From positions 276,342 through 340,341 of the IMG/VR virus record IMGVR_UViG_3300020172_001601: DNA of 64,000 nucleotides; one strand, 5' to 3'. Made by a program: the position numbers and the translations under genes. Of the stretch, positions 16,515-24,900 are shown one piece after another. A model generated the notes under the pieces. It did not search any database and was not told the origin of the DNA. It was given only the letters and a program-made list of their open reading frames with translations. The number at the start of each line of letters is the position of its first letter. The stretch's first letter is position 1.

Positions 16515-16655
16515 ATGAAAAAGAAACATCGCAACGACAAGAACCACGGGCGCAACGGCTGGGTCGGTGGCAACCCACGCTATGCGGGCAAGGGATTCAA
16601 GAAGGGCGACCGAGCCAAGGCAAAGGCCGAAGCCCGTAGGTCCAGTGTACCCTAG
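16515..16655 (+). CDS. small basic protein
   Basis: Lys/Arg-rich; ends RSSVP* inside a repeat. Confidence 0.55.
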   Translation: MKKKHRNDKNHGRNGWVGGNPRYAGKGFKKGDRAKAKAEARRSSVP

Positions 16656-16729
16656 TGAGCTAGTGTACCCTATGGTGCATAGTGCATAGTGCATAGCATA
16701 GACTATGCACTTCTTTATTCAAAGAAGCA

Positions 16730-16809
16730 TAGGGTACAATAGCCCTAACAATGTTGCATAATTAAAAACAAAACAATTATTCGAGAAAACATTGGGTACA
16801 ATAGACCTA
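16730..16809 (-). repeat. two inverted copies of the array element
   Basis: Reverse complement of 16730-16747 is TAGGGCTATTGTACCCTA; of 16792-16809 is TAGGTCTATTGTACCCAA. Confidence 0.92.
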
Positions 16810-16984
16810 CCCACCCCCTCCCCCACGCAATGACTGTGTTTTCTTTTTAATGTCCAAAAGAAAAATCCTGGCCGGGGAAAACAAAAATCGCAAATCGGCA
16901 ATTTTGAGTATGTCCTGCCACGATTTTGAGTTTTTGTGTGAACTCATCCTGAAAAAATCGCCGGGGCAAAAATTCTGGCCCTGG

Positions 16985-17578
16985 CTAACCTTTTGATCGC
17001 TCGGCTTTGTTTAAGTAGTATGCCACCTTCTCCTCAATAGTGGCCCACATTCCTGGCTTGGCCCGGAACTCTTCCTCAATGACATCATGATCCCACCAAT
17101 ATGTCTTGTGAACTGGCACCTGAAGTTCCACATCCTGCACTTCTTCGTCTTCTGGAAAGATTGCGTCATGTAAAGGCAACAAGTCTGGTGGTAGTCCAGC
17201 AACTTTCGTCAGTGTGTCGGCAATTAGACTTTGCCGCTTCAATTCACAATAGGCTTCTGGATTGGTCCTGTAGCCATTCATGGTATTGGGACTGTTCTCC
17301 TCGACAACCCACCCGATGGCAATCTTGCGAAACTTCTCTTCGACCGGAGGCACTTCAGTAGTTTCTTTGATGATTCGCTTTAAGACGATATGCTTGTCTG
17401 CATCCTTGAAGTATTCATCGTAGTCTTCGTTAGGTTTGCCAAAGTGCCGCTTGTCAAATTCCCGTGGTGTGACTTGATTTGAGTAATCGCTATATGGAGA
17501 TTCTGGCACTGAACCAATAGTGCCGCAACCATAAGAAGTCACAGTATTAGATGGCGGGAACCCTTTTAATATTGCCAT
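16985..17578 (-). CDS. hypothetical protein
   Basis: GGAG RBS before MAILKG; 197 aa. Confidence 0.8.
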   Translation of the reverse strand: MAILKGFPPSNTVTSYGCGTIGSVPESPYSDYSNQVTPREFDKRHFGKPNEDYDEYFKDADKHIVLKRIIKETTEVPPVEEKFRKIAIGWVVEENSPNTMNGYRTNPEAYCELKRQSLIADTLTKVAGLPPDLLPLHDAIFPEDEEVQDVELQVPVHKTYWWDHDVIEEEFRAKPGMWATIEEKVAYYLNKAERSKG

Positions 17579-17645
17579 ATCTTCTCCCAAGGTAGAGCAA
17601 TGGCTGGGGAGAAGCCCCAGCCCTGCTATGCGAAAGCATTATCAA

Positions 17646-18278
17646 TTATCCTAACAAGTTGGCGATCTCTACTGCTGACACCATATTAACGATCTGGGCA
17701 GTCTGCTCCAGGCTCAATGACTCGGACAGATCGAGTGAGTCATGATAAGCTCGGTGAGCGGCATTAGCAGCGAACAAAGCCGGGTCATCCAGCATCACCG
17801 ATGCCAAAACAGCATGGCAACAAGCGGTGTATTCGTGTTCCCTGGGAACATTCGTCCCCAATTGGGCAATTAGCTTTTCATTCACGGCATGGGCCGATTC
17901 CTTGGTCTGATCTTCCCCACGGAGATACTTCAAGGCCCACTCACGGAACAAGGGATTCAACACCAAGTTCATGGCACAGAGAATTCCGAAGGTTACTCGC
18001 TGTTCGGTCGTGGGGAGCGTGATCGGAAGCTCATTGACCGTAGTGAGTTTGGCGAATTTGGTCCTGAACCCCTCATCACGAGTGAGATGTTCCCCAGCCG
18101 CCGTCCAAAGTTTCGGATTCTTGGTTCCCTCGTAACAGGGATACATATAGCAAGCGACTTGGGGGCTATTGTAAACGACAAAGTGATAATTGGAGTTTTC
18201 CTCCTCGTGGGTGACGTTAGCGCCCCACTGAATATCTCGCCAAGTCTTGTTGTCTTGATCTGTAATCAGGTAAAACAT
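17646..18278 (-). CDS. hypothetical protein
   Basis: About 210 aa; start uncertain; followed by a hairpin near 17603-17622. Confidence 0.8.
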   Translation of the reverse strand: MFYLITDQDNKTWRDIQWGANVTHEEENSNYHFVVYNSPQVACYMYPCYEGTKNPKLWTAAGEHLTRDEGFRTKFAKLTTVNELPITLPTTEQRVTFGILCAMNLVLNPLFREWALKYLRGEDQTKESAHAVNEKLIAQLGTNVPREHEYTACCHAVLASVMLDDPALFAANAAHRAYHDSLDLSESLSLEQTAQIVNMVSAVEIANLLG

Positions 18279-18921
18279 GAAACTACCTATTCCCAATAGA
18301 AAAGATTGGACGATCTTATTCATCCTCTTCTCAGGCATCTTTATTGTGTATTTAAGTGGGGCCGAAGAACGTACTCATCCCGATGAATACGTTATAAAAT
18401 TCAATTCGCCCCTGCAACAACCGGATCACATCACCTGTGGTCCAACGTCTGCTGCCATGATACTTCATCATTACGATATAAGAGTATCCCCAGACGAAGT
18501 AAAGAAACATAGCAAAACAGTTTGGTTTGCCCAAAACGGTAAAGATGTCGGCATGACTAGCCCGGATTACCTGCCCATCGCCATGAACAAGCTCGGTTTG
18601 CCCGCCACGATGAAATATGGCGATCTGGACGTACTAAAGCACTATGTTGCCAAAGACAAACCCTGTATCGTATTGGTGCGAAGCGGCGAAGCTCTCTGGC
18701 ATTATGTTGTTGTTTATGGCTTCACCCCGGAAAAACTCAATATCGCCGATCCAGGGAGCGGGACTTTATACGAAATGACTGAGAAAACATTCATCGGATG
18801 CTGGTCCTGGGCCACCGACATGGACGGAATTGCCTGCGGGAACAAATACCTTTGTACTCTATTACAAGCAATGGAGGTTTATCCCTATACCTTCATTTGC
18901 CCGGACAAGTCGCCGAACTAA
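18277..18921 (+). CDS. C39-like cysteine peptidase with N-terminal TM segment
   Basis: QQPDHITCGPT (Q, C), HYVVVYG (H), IADP (D). Confidence 0.88.
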   Translation: MKLPIPNRKDWTILFILFSGIFIVYLSGAEERTHPDEYVIKFNSPLQQPDHITCGPTSAAMILHHYDIRVSPDEVKKHSKTVWFAQNGKDVGMTSPDYLPIAMNKLGLPATMKYGDLDVLKHYVAKDKPCIVLVRSGEALWHYVVVYGFTPEKLNIADPGSGTLYEMTEKTFIGCWSWATDMDGIACGNKYLCTLLQAMEVYPYTFICPDKSPN

Positions 18922-18932
18922 AGGAACAATAT

Positions 18933-19940
18933 ATGGGTGACAGCAGAATCAAACTCTTGATCGTTGCAATTATTCTCATGCTGGGAATTGGCTATGCTTA
19001 CAAGCAAAAACGACATGACACACCCATTATTCAAGAACAGCCCACGCTGCCAATCCCCACTCCACCGGAAACACCCCCGGAAAAGCCTCCACAACCACCG
19101 CCAGAGATTAAATCCGTAGAACCTCAGTTTGATCCCTGGCCGAAAGTCCGCAATGTACAAAATACGGCCCTGGGGAAAATCCTCCAAGATATTGATTCCC
19201 ATATGCCTGCCGGACACCAATATTCCGATGGCAACAAAGTAACCTGGGCGCACGAAACCACCCACGGCATCAATAGCAATATCCGCAACAAACAACAAGC
19301 ATTGGAATTTGAAAACAAAACCAAAAAGATAGCCAACGGCTTCTATTGTCTGCAAGATCGGGCCTGCGTCATCTATGAACCCAAAACAACGATCCGGGCT
19401 ATTGCCCCCAAGGTTCCCCAGGCTCTCCGAGGACCAAGTTATCAGTTGTATCTGGTACAACAAGCAGGGGACTGGAATGATCGACCGCTTTATCTCTTTG
19501 ATGAGTGGATTGCCTATACCAATGGTAGTGAAACAGGCAGAGAACTGAATCACCAGGGTTGGTATTACGAATTGCTCCAGGCACATAACTTCAATGTGTA
19601 TTGCATGTATCTGGCCATGACCGTCAAGAAGACTTGCCCGGAATACGATGACAAACAAATGAAGGCATTCATGATGTGGAACATCGAGCGTACCTTCCGG
19701 TTGGCCGCACCCTTTGAGAAGCGAGCAGTTATGCAATCTGAACCAGAGGAAGTCGGCAATATATTGAAGAAACACTTGCACCACCATGATATTCCACATG
19801 GCGGGGACGATAATGATCCGATTACCAGTGCCTTGGGATATGTCGAAAAGGTGAGAACCCTACCCGAAGCGGAAGAACTCAGGAAGTTCGCCAGGGACTA
19901 TTTCGGGGCCGACTGGTGCAAGAAGGTCTATGGATTCTAA
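18933..19940 (+). CDS. membrane-anchored HExxH metalloprotease-like protein
   Basis: N-terminal TM, Pro-rich linker, WAHETTHG, downstream DEW. Confidence 0.65.
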   Translation: MGDSRIKLLIVAIILMLGIGYAYKQKRHDTPIIQEQPTLPIPTPPETPPEKPPQPPPEIKSVEPQFDPWPKVRNVQNTALGKILQDIDSHMPAGHQYSDGNKVTWAHETTHGINSNIRNKQQALEFENKTKKIANGFYCLQDRACVIYEPKTTIRAIAPKVPQALRGPSYQLYLVQQAGDWNDRPLYLFDEWIAYTNGSETGRELNHQGWYYELLQAHNFNVYCMYLAMTVKKTCPEYDDKQMKAFMMWNIERTFRLAAPFEKRAVMQSEPEEVGNILKKHLHHHDIPHGGDDNDPITSALGYVEKVRTLPEAEELRKFARDYFGADWCKKVYGF

Positions 19941-19982
19941 CCAGATGACTACATATGGTTGCCCCAATTAGGAAGCCACCTT

Positions 19983-20858
19983 ATGCCGAAGCTAACCAGA
20001 GAACAAAGCGAAGAGATCGCCAAGTGTGCCGCAGACTTTCCCTATTTCTGCGAGCAGTATGTAAAGATATACGTTACCAAGGGTGCTAACACGGAAATAC
20101 AGCCGTTTAAGCTGCATCCTTATCAGGTACGTTTATATGAGCATGTAGAGGATAATCGCTTCTCCATATTCAGTAAATTCCGACAGGGCGGCTTTACGAC
20201 GGAGTTAGCGATTTATGGACTCTGGAAGTGCTTATTCCGATTGGATCAGCGGGTATTGTGGTTATCTCAATCAGATCGTGCGTCACAGGATGTTTGTGAT
20301 CGGATCGTGAAGCGAGTCATTGACCATTTGCCGGAATGGATGAAGGGCAATGTCATGAAGATGACGAATTCCCATCAGAAGTCCTTTCCTGATACGGACA
20401 GTGCGATGCAGTTCTATACACCGGAAGCAGCGTGTGGTAAGTCAGTCAGTTTATTGATTGTAGACGAAGCCAGTTTCATCAAGGATATGACTAAGCATTG
20501 GAAAGCCATGTGGCCTTGTTTGAGTACGGGCGGCAGTGCCATTGTATTGAGTACCCCCAATTATGATGACGATTGGTTCTGGCAGACGATGGAGGATGCA
20601 GCCCTGAAGTTGAATTCATTTGCCATTTATCGCTGCAACTATAAGGAGCGGCCAGAACATTGCGATCCCCAATGGGAGATGGATGCCAAGAACAATCTCG
20701 GTCAGAAGGGATGGGAAGTCGAGTACGAGCAGAAACCTATGGAAAGGGTGCAGATCGAGAAGACCTCCAGGAAGCCCTCCAAGAAGCTGTGGCGGTCTAT
20801 TTGGGATGAATGGGATAGTTCGTCGTCTTTAGATGAGAGGGGCTTAGAAGGGCAATGA
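19983..20858 (+). CDS. terminase large subunit-like protein, ATPase domain only
   Basis: KC..D..YF...YVKI, adenine-binding PYQ, KFRQGGFTT, LLIVDEA Walker B, STPN coupling motif; ends before a nuclease domain. Confidence 0.85.
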   Translation: MPKLTREQSEEIAKCAADFPYFCEQYVKIYVTKGANTEIQPFKLHPYQVRLYEHVEDNRFSIFSKFRQGGFTTELAIYGLWKCLFRLDQRVLWLSQSDRASQDVCDRIVKRVIDHLPEWMKGNVMKMTNSHQKSFPDTDSAMQFYTPEAACGKSVSLLIVDEASFIKDMTKHWKAMWPCLSTGGSAIVLSTPNYDDDWFWQTMEDAALKLNSFAIYRCNYKERPEHCDPQWEMDAKNNLGQKGWEVEYEQKPMERVQIEKTSRKPSKKLWRSIWDEWDSSSSLDERGLEGQ

Positions 20859-21079
20859 GAGATCGTAGGAGGCTGGATCAATTCCTTCATGTCAAAGAGA
20901 CGATAAAAAGACTAGAGGCGTCGAGGCGACGGTATCGTTCGATGAACTTCGCCAACTTGCAGGCTTTGATTGTACTGTTGGGCAGAGTATTAGAGGGAGC
21001 TTCGCCGGGGCGATACACGGCGATGGTGAAGTCGATCATGAACGAGCATACAACCGATGAGGATGTAAGATGGCATTAA
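20855..21079 (+). CDS. hypothetical protein
   Basis: ATGA overlap with the previous gene. Confidence 0.5.
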   Translation: MRDRRRLDQFLHVKETIKRLEASRRRYRSMNFANLQALIVLLGRVLEGASPGRYTAMVKSIMNEHTTDEDVRWH

Positions 21080-21190
21080 GGTATTAAGGTATTAAGTGCG
21101 GCCCAGATGTATGTAATGGGGCAAAAATATTTAATACGTCTACCCCGATAGGACACCCGTGATTTAATAGGGTATCCCTTAACGGGTATA

Positions 21191-21454
21191 TCAAGCCTGA
21201 AAATCGACGTTTGTTACATATCCACCTTGTTCTTCCACTTCAAAGTTGTAGTCGAACGGATCATTGCCATCTGAGAAATACTTCAATTCATCCGGGTGGG
21301 CTTTGAAGTATTTGACAACAACTTTGCGCATAGATGTAAACAAGTCGTCAATAGGATTTAACTTATGTCCGACGAACTTCAGTAACATTCCATTGATAGC
21401 ACGGGTAGCAAGCCTCTTGCCTCTACGATTTGTCCAATAATTGATTGCTGGCAT
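21191..21454 (-). CDS. hypothetical protein
   Basis: GGAG RBS. Confidence 0.7.
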   Translation of the reverse strand: MPAINYWTNRRGKRLATRAINGMLLKFVGHKLNPIDDLFTSMRKVVVKYFKAHPDELKYFSDGNDPFDYNFEVEEQGGYVTNVDFQA

Positions 21455-21530
21455 ATTACTCCGAAAACGAAAAAGGCCCGATAAGCTATTTAAGCCTTAT
21501 CGGGCCTTTGTTTTTCGGAATGTTGCCAGA

Positions 21531-21863
21531 CTACGAGAACTTGCGGTCGGCGAACTCCTGCGCCTTGTCGAATCGTTCTTTCGAGATGTGTTTCGTGAAC
21601 TTCTTCTTCTGCATCAGTTCAAAAACAGCCTCCAATTGATCGAAGCTGACTGGCTTGGAGAAGTGAACCTTCTCTTCACCCTCAAGCCTGCCGATGTAGG
21701 CTAAGACTTCTGACGTATGTGGATCGGTCAACTTCACCACATTGTCGCCGAACCCCGAAAGGTCATTGCGAGTGGTCGGGGTTTCGGTCACGGCTTTCTT
21801 CGGCACGAATTCTCTCCTATCATTGAGGAACGGATCACCAAGGCGGGGTCCAGTCATCATCAA
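21531..21863 (-). CDS. hypothetical protein
   Basis: ORF followed by a terminator hairpin near 21471-21514. Confidence 0.65.
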   Translation of the reverse strand: MMMTGPRLGDPFLNDRREFVPKKAVTETPTTRNDLSGFGDNVVKLTDPHTSEVLAYIGRLEGEEKVHFSKPVSFDQLEAVFELMQKKKFTKHISKERFDKAQEFADRKFS

Positions 21864-21922
21864 TGGTCCGATGACTTGGTTTTTTCTTGGCTGGTTTGTT
21901 GTTCTTTTGGTTTATCTGATCC

Positions 21923-22189
21923 TCAATTTTCTTGAGGACTATCTTGGCTGTCAGTTTTACTGGATTCGTCGGGATTGGCAAGACCATCCACTTCGTTGAT
22001 GTTTTTTTCTTCTTGCTTATCATGACGTTTCCTTCTTCCGTCTCTACCATTGAGAGCAGAAGATTCCGCTGACCCATAGTCGAACTCACCAGGGTCAGCG
22101 GACAAGTCTTTCAAGAAGCGTCGAAGTTTTCGCTTTCCTGTTTTTTTGACCTCTTGCTTCAGCTTTCGATAAAATCGCTTGTCGTCCAT
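21923..22189 (-). CDS. basic hypothetical protein
   Basis: CTAAATA box 4 nt upstream of the ATG. Confidence 0.65.
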   Translation of the reverse strand: MDDKRFYRKLKQEVKKTGKRKLRRFLKDLSADPGEFDYGSAESSALNGRDGRRKRHDKQEEKNINEVDGLANPDESSKTDSQDSPQEN

Positions 22190-22202
22190 ACCTTATTTAG
22201 TC

Positions 22203-22970
22203 TCAGCCCAGCTTGTCTTCGTCCTTCCAAGCCGAGTCAGAAATCTTCTTGAGAATATCGGCGACACCTTCGTAGATCATACGACCGATGCGACGAAGCG
22301 GGTCGTTGAGCAGAGTCCAGAACAAGGACGGTGGCCAATACACAATCCATGCGGTAATGCGTGCCTTGAACTTATCTGGAGTCGGCTTTTCAATGCTGAT
22401 CCGGCGACCAAACCAATCCGAAAAGGTAGATTCCTGTTGATAGGACTTCCAATACGGAAGAAGGGCTTCGGTCATAACGCCATTGGAGGCCGTCCATGCG
22501 TTCAATTCTTCAGTGGCCCTGTCAATAGCTTGTTGATATTCGGGGTTGAGTGAATTGCCGTTGGCGGTATCACGCTTGGAGCGTTCCGTGTTGTTTTGGA
22601 TAGTATACTTCAAATCGGTAATGTGACGCTGCCAAGCTGCGAGCCAAGTCTGCTTCTGCTCCCGGTTGTTGTCACGAACATCCCGAACGAACCACCACCA
22701 TTTTCCGATATACGGAGAAATGACGTAGAGCGTACCGAATAGGAAATAACCAAGAACACCCGCCACAGTATAGGTGGGATTGTTATAAACCCACCGGACC
22801 AAATCCCCCAGGCCGGAGCCGCCGAAAATCACCAAGCCCAGCACGAGCAATAGGGAGAAGGGCGCTGCCAAATATCGTTCACGTTCCAGAAAGTATATCA
22901 GGAAAATGAATTCGATGGCGATCAACGCCCAAAACCAAAAAGTACCCACCACAAACAGTTCAAAAAGCAT
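22203..22970 (-). CDS. membrane protein
   Basis: Three N-terminal hydrophobic helices, WIVYWP motif near the C-terminus. Confidence 0.85.
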   Translation of the reverse strand: MLFELFVVGTFWFWALIAIEFIFLIYFLERERYLAAPFSLLLVLGLVIFGGSGLGDLVRWVYNNPTYTVAGVLGYFLFGTLYVISPYIGKWWWFVRDVRDNNREQKQTWLAAWQRHITDLKYTIQNNTERSKRDTANGNSLNPEYQQAIDRATEELNAWTASNGVMTEALLPYWKSYQQESTFSDWFGRRISIEKPTPDKFKARITAWIVYWPPSLFWTLLNDPLRRIGRMIYEGVADILKKISDSAWKDEDKLG

Positions 22971-22989
22971 TTCTTCTTCTTCCTTCTTC

Positions 22990-23358
22990 TTACTGGACGA
23001 CTTGGACAACACCACGAAGCACGAGCGGTTGGGCCAACGGCGTCCAATTGGTCAACTCATTGCTGTGCTTCGCTTTACCCCCGCCGTTCACATTGACGGC
23101 CACGGTAATATGTTTAATCTTGTTATTGCTGGGGACCATTGATGCAACGCCCACAGCAAATACACGTTTATCCTGGCCAACAGTTGTGGCTGTAACCACG
23201 AATTCCTGCCCAATCAAATCAGCAGCGGGTCCGGCCTCGGCGTTACCAAGGTTGATCGTCATGTGATGAGCAATTATCTGCCAATCACTTGGCACAACGA
23301 ATTGTGCCACTAATTTGGCATGAGATTCTGCATCAAGAACTAAGGCAGTGTATGTCAT
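22990..23358 (-). CDS. 2H phosphoesterase (RNA-repair cyclic phosphodiesterase-like)
   Basis: Two HxT motifs: HHMTI and HITVA. Confidence 0.8.
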   Translation of the reverse strand: MTYTALVLDAESHAKLVAQFVVPSDWQIIAHHMTINLGNAEAGPAADLIGQEFVVTATTVGQDKRVFAVGVASMVPSNNKIKHITVAVNVNGGGKAKHSNELTNWTPLAQPLVLRGVVQVVQ

Positions 23359-23681
23359 TCCTTCTCTCTCTTTTGGCGAGCAATATTGTCCAGTGCTTCT
23401 TCAATAGCCCCTGGAACTGCCCCGGCGAAATTGACTGGCTCGCCATTGGCTTTTTGTTCAATGGCTCGCTTCTGAATGCAAGGTACGCAAATCAGATTGG
23501 CTTTGGGATTTTCCGCAAGGAACTTTTGGCTGGTAGGTGCCAGATGAATTTCGATACCACAAGTTCCGCAGTGTTTAACGACACATCCTTCAGCGACATT
23601 CGAGGGATTCCACAATCCCATCTGGACGGTCATGCAGCCGATATAAATCTCGTCTTCCTTCGTTTCATCGGTCACGATCAT
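23355..23681 (-). CDS. zinc-finger-like protein
   Basis: CGTC...CVPC. Confidence 0.65.
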   Translation of the reverse strand: MIVTDETKEDEIYIGCMTVQMGLWNPSNVAEGCVVKHCGTCGIEIHLAPTSQKFLAENPKANLICVPCIQKRAIEQKANGEPVNFAGAVPGAIEEALDNIARQKREKE

Positions 23682-23847
23682 CGTCCTCATAGGGCAAGTA
23701 GTCGTAATTATCCCGATAACTACGTCTAGTTTGATTTTGATATTGTTCGATGGTTGTATTGGCGGCACGGAGCCGAGCCTGAAGCGAAGCGACCAATGCC
23801 TCAAGTTCCTTGATCCGTGCTTCCTTTGCTGCGTCGTTTTCGCTCAT
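23665..23847 (-). CDS. small coiled-coil protein
   Basis: Heptad pattern; lies in a run of minus-strand genes. Confidence 0.6.
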   Translation of the reverse strand: MSENDAAKEARIKELEALVASLQARLRAANTTIEQYQNQTRRSYRDNYDYLPYEDDDRDR

Positions 23848-24074
23848 ATACCTTCATGTTCTTGAATTGAAGGGTTTCGTTGCCTTGTTCGTCCGACTCT
23901 CGTTCGATAAAGACTTGCTTGGCAACGGGTTGCGGAGGCTCCCACATGGAAACGCTCCAAGGTTCCTCTATTGAACGAGCTTTAAGTTTCCTACGACGCT
24001 TCTTCATCTTGACTCACCATTCTACCACGAAAAAGCAGACTTGTAAAATGTCTGCCTGAAACCTAAATAATCCC

Positions 24075-24434
24075 ATGACGACCTTCCGTGATTTCATAGA
24101 GACAGCAGCAACTCCGGTTTACTATCGGTATATTCATCGAAACGGCCTGGGGCTGATGAACAATCAGGGGTTGAATCGCAGTCGTTTGAACGATGACGAA
24201 GAAGCAGAATTGGTTGATTTGATGGATTTTGGTTTGCGACAACCCATTCAAGTCCCCAATGATGCAATATTCGCATTTACCGAAGAAGGCAAAAGACGCC
24301 ATTTGCGTCTAATCAATCTTTTGAAAAAAGCATCCATTTACGGAGTCACGATGCAAAAATTACCGGGTGTTAATTATCAGGTGATTTGGGATAGTGGCGA
24401 TGGTCAAGTTGGACTACGGCCTATTTCTTCCTGA
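24075..24434 (+). CDS. hypothetical protein, possible internal head protein
   Basis: N-terminal MTTFRDFIE; CTAAATA box 5 nt upstream. Confidence 0.75.
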   Translation: MTTFRDFIETAATPVYYRYIHRNGLGLMNNQGLNRSRLNDDEEAELVDLMDFGLRQPIQVPNDAIFAFTEEGKRRHLRLINLLKKASIYGVTMQKLPGVNYQVIWDSGDGQVGLRPISS

Positions 24435-24900
24435 AATCCCAGGGCGGGACGGGATGTTTATCGGCCCACAGGCCCAGCTTATGGCTTTTGGCGTATTCTT
24501 GTGCCTCGGCCATTTCCGGTGAATGAGAATAATCCGTATAGTGCCATGCCCAGCCTTCCTCGATCATTTCCTTGTTGATGTACCTGCCATTCAAATAGAC
24601 CTTGCCGATAACTCGACCATATCGGTCTTTTTTGGTCCATTCCACTTTGACGTATTTGCCGAATATTTTCTCGCTGAGTGCTTCTTTGGCTTTGGTTCCG
24701 AATGGCTGTTTCTTTTCGGGACAGTCGATTTCGGCCAAGCGAACCTTCATTTGAGTTTTGTCAGGCTGCAATACTGTGATGGTATCGCCATCGGATATGC
24801 CTACAACATTCCCTGGGTCGGAAATAGAAAGACATATCCAAATCACTGGAATGAACGAAAGTATGGCAAGAACATAAACCGTCTTATACAGTTTGCTCAT
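24421..24900 (-). CDS. thermonuclease (SNase family), membrane-anchored or secreted
   Basis: DGDT, VRLAEIDCPE, DRYGR, PWDFR. Confidence 0.93.
   Translation of the reverse strand: MSKLYKTVYVLAILSFIPVIWICLSISDPGNVVGISDGDTITVLQPDKTQMKVRLAEIDCPEKKQPFGTKAKEALSEKIFGKYVKVEWTKKDRYGRVIGKVYLNGRYINKEMIEEGWAWHYTDYSHSPEMAEAQEYAKSHKLGLWADKHPVPPWDFRKK

Larger units (their letters stand above)
22..16680 (+). repeat. Dispersed array of ~43 direct copies of a ~26-bp element (TAGGTCCAGTGTACCCTAGTGGGTGT; near-invariant core TGTACCCT) separating gene-sized units
   Basis: Copies read by eye starting at 22, 822, 1295, 2058, 2397, 2780, 3210, 4499, 5151, 5602, 5936, 6171, 6500, 7045, 7646, 8115, 8325, 8582, 9070, 9393, 9750, 10246, 10529, 10814, 11108, 11367, 11516, 11920, 12219, 12524, 12965, 13253, 13669, 14039, 14368, 14760, 15110, 15381, 15682, 16213, 16451, 16637 and ~16655. 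None seen after 16.81 kb. Confidence 0.97.

Noticed and set aside
22-16680. CRISPR array
   Set aside because: The intervening sequences are mostly 120-1300 bp and contain whole genes, the repeats are degenerate, and no cas genes are visible.
22-16680. Classical integron attC array
   Set aside because: No RYYYAAC/GTTRRRY ends, the element is shorter than attC, and no integrase lies in the window; the analogy is architectural only.
22-16680. SP6/T7-type promoter identity (shared TAGGT...TAG)
   Set aside because: Spacing and central bases differ from those promoters and no single-subunit RNAP is in the window.
21072-21096. Short tandem repeat GGTATTAA x3
   Set aside because: Too short and isolated to interpret.
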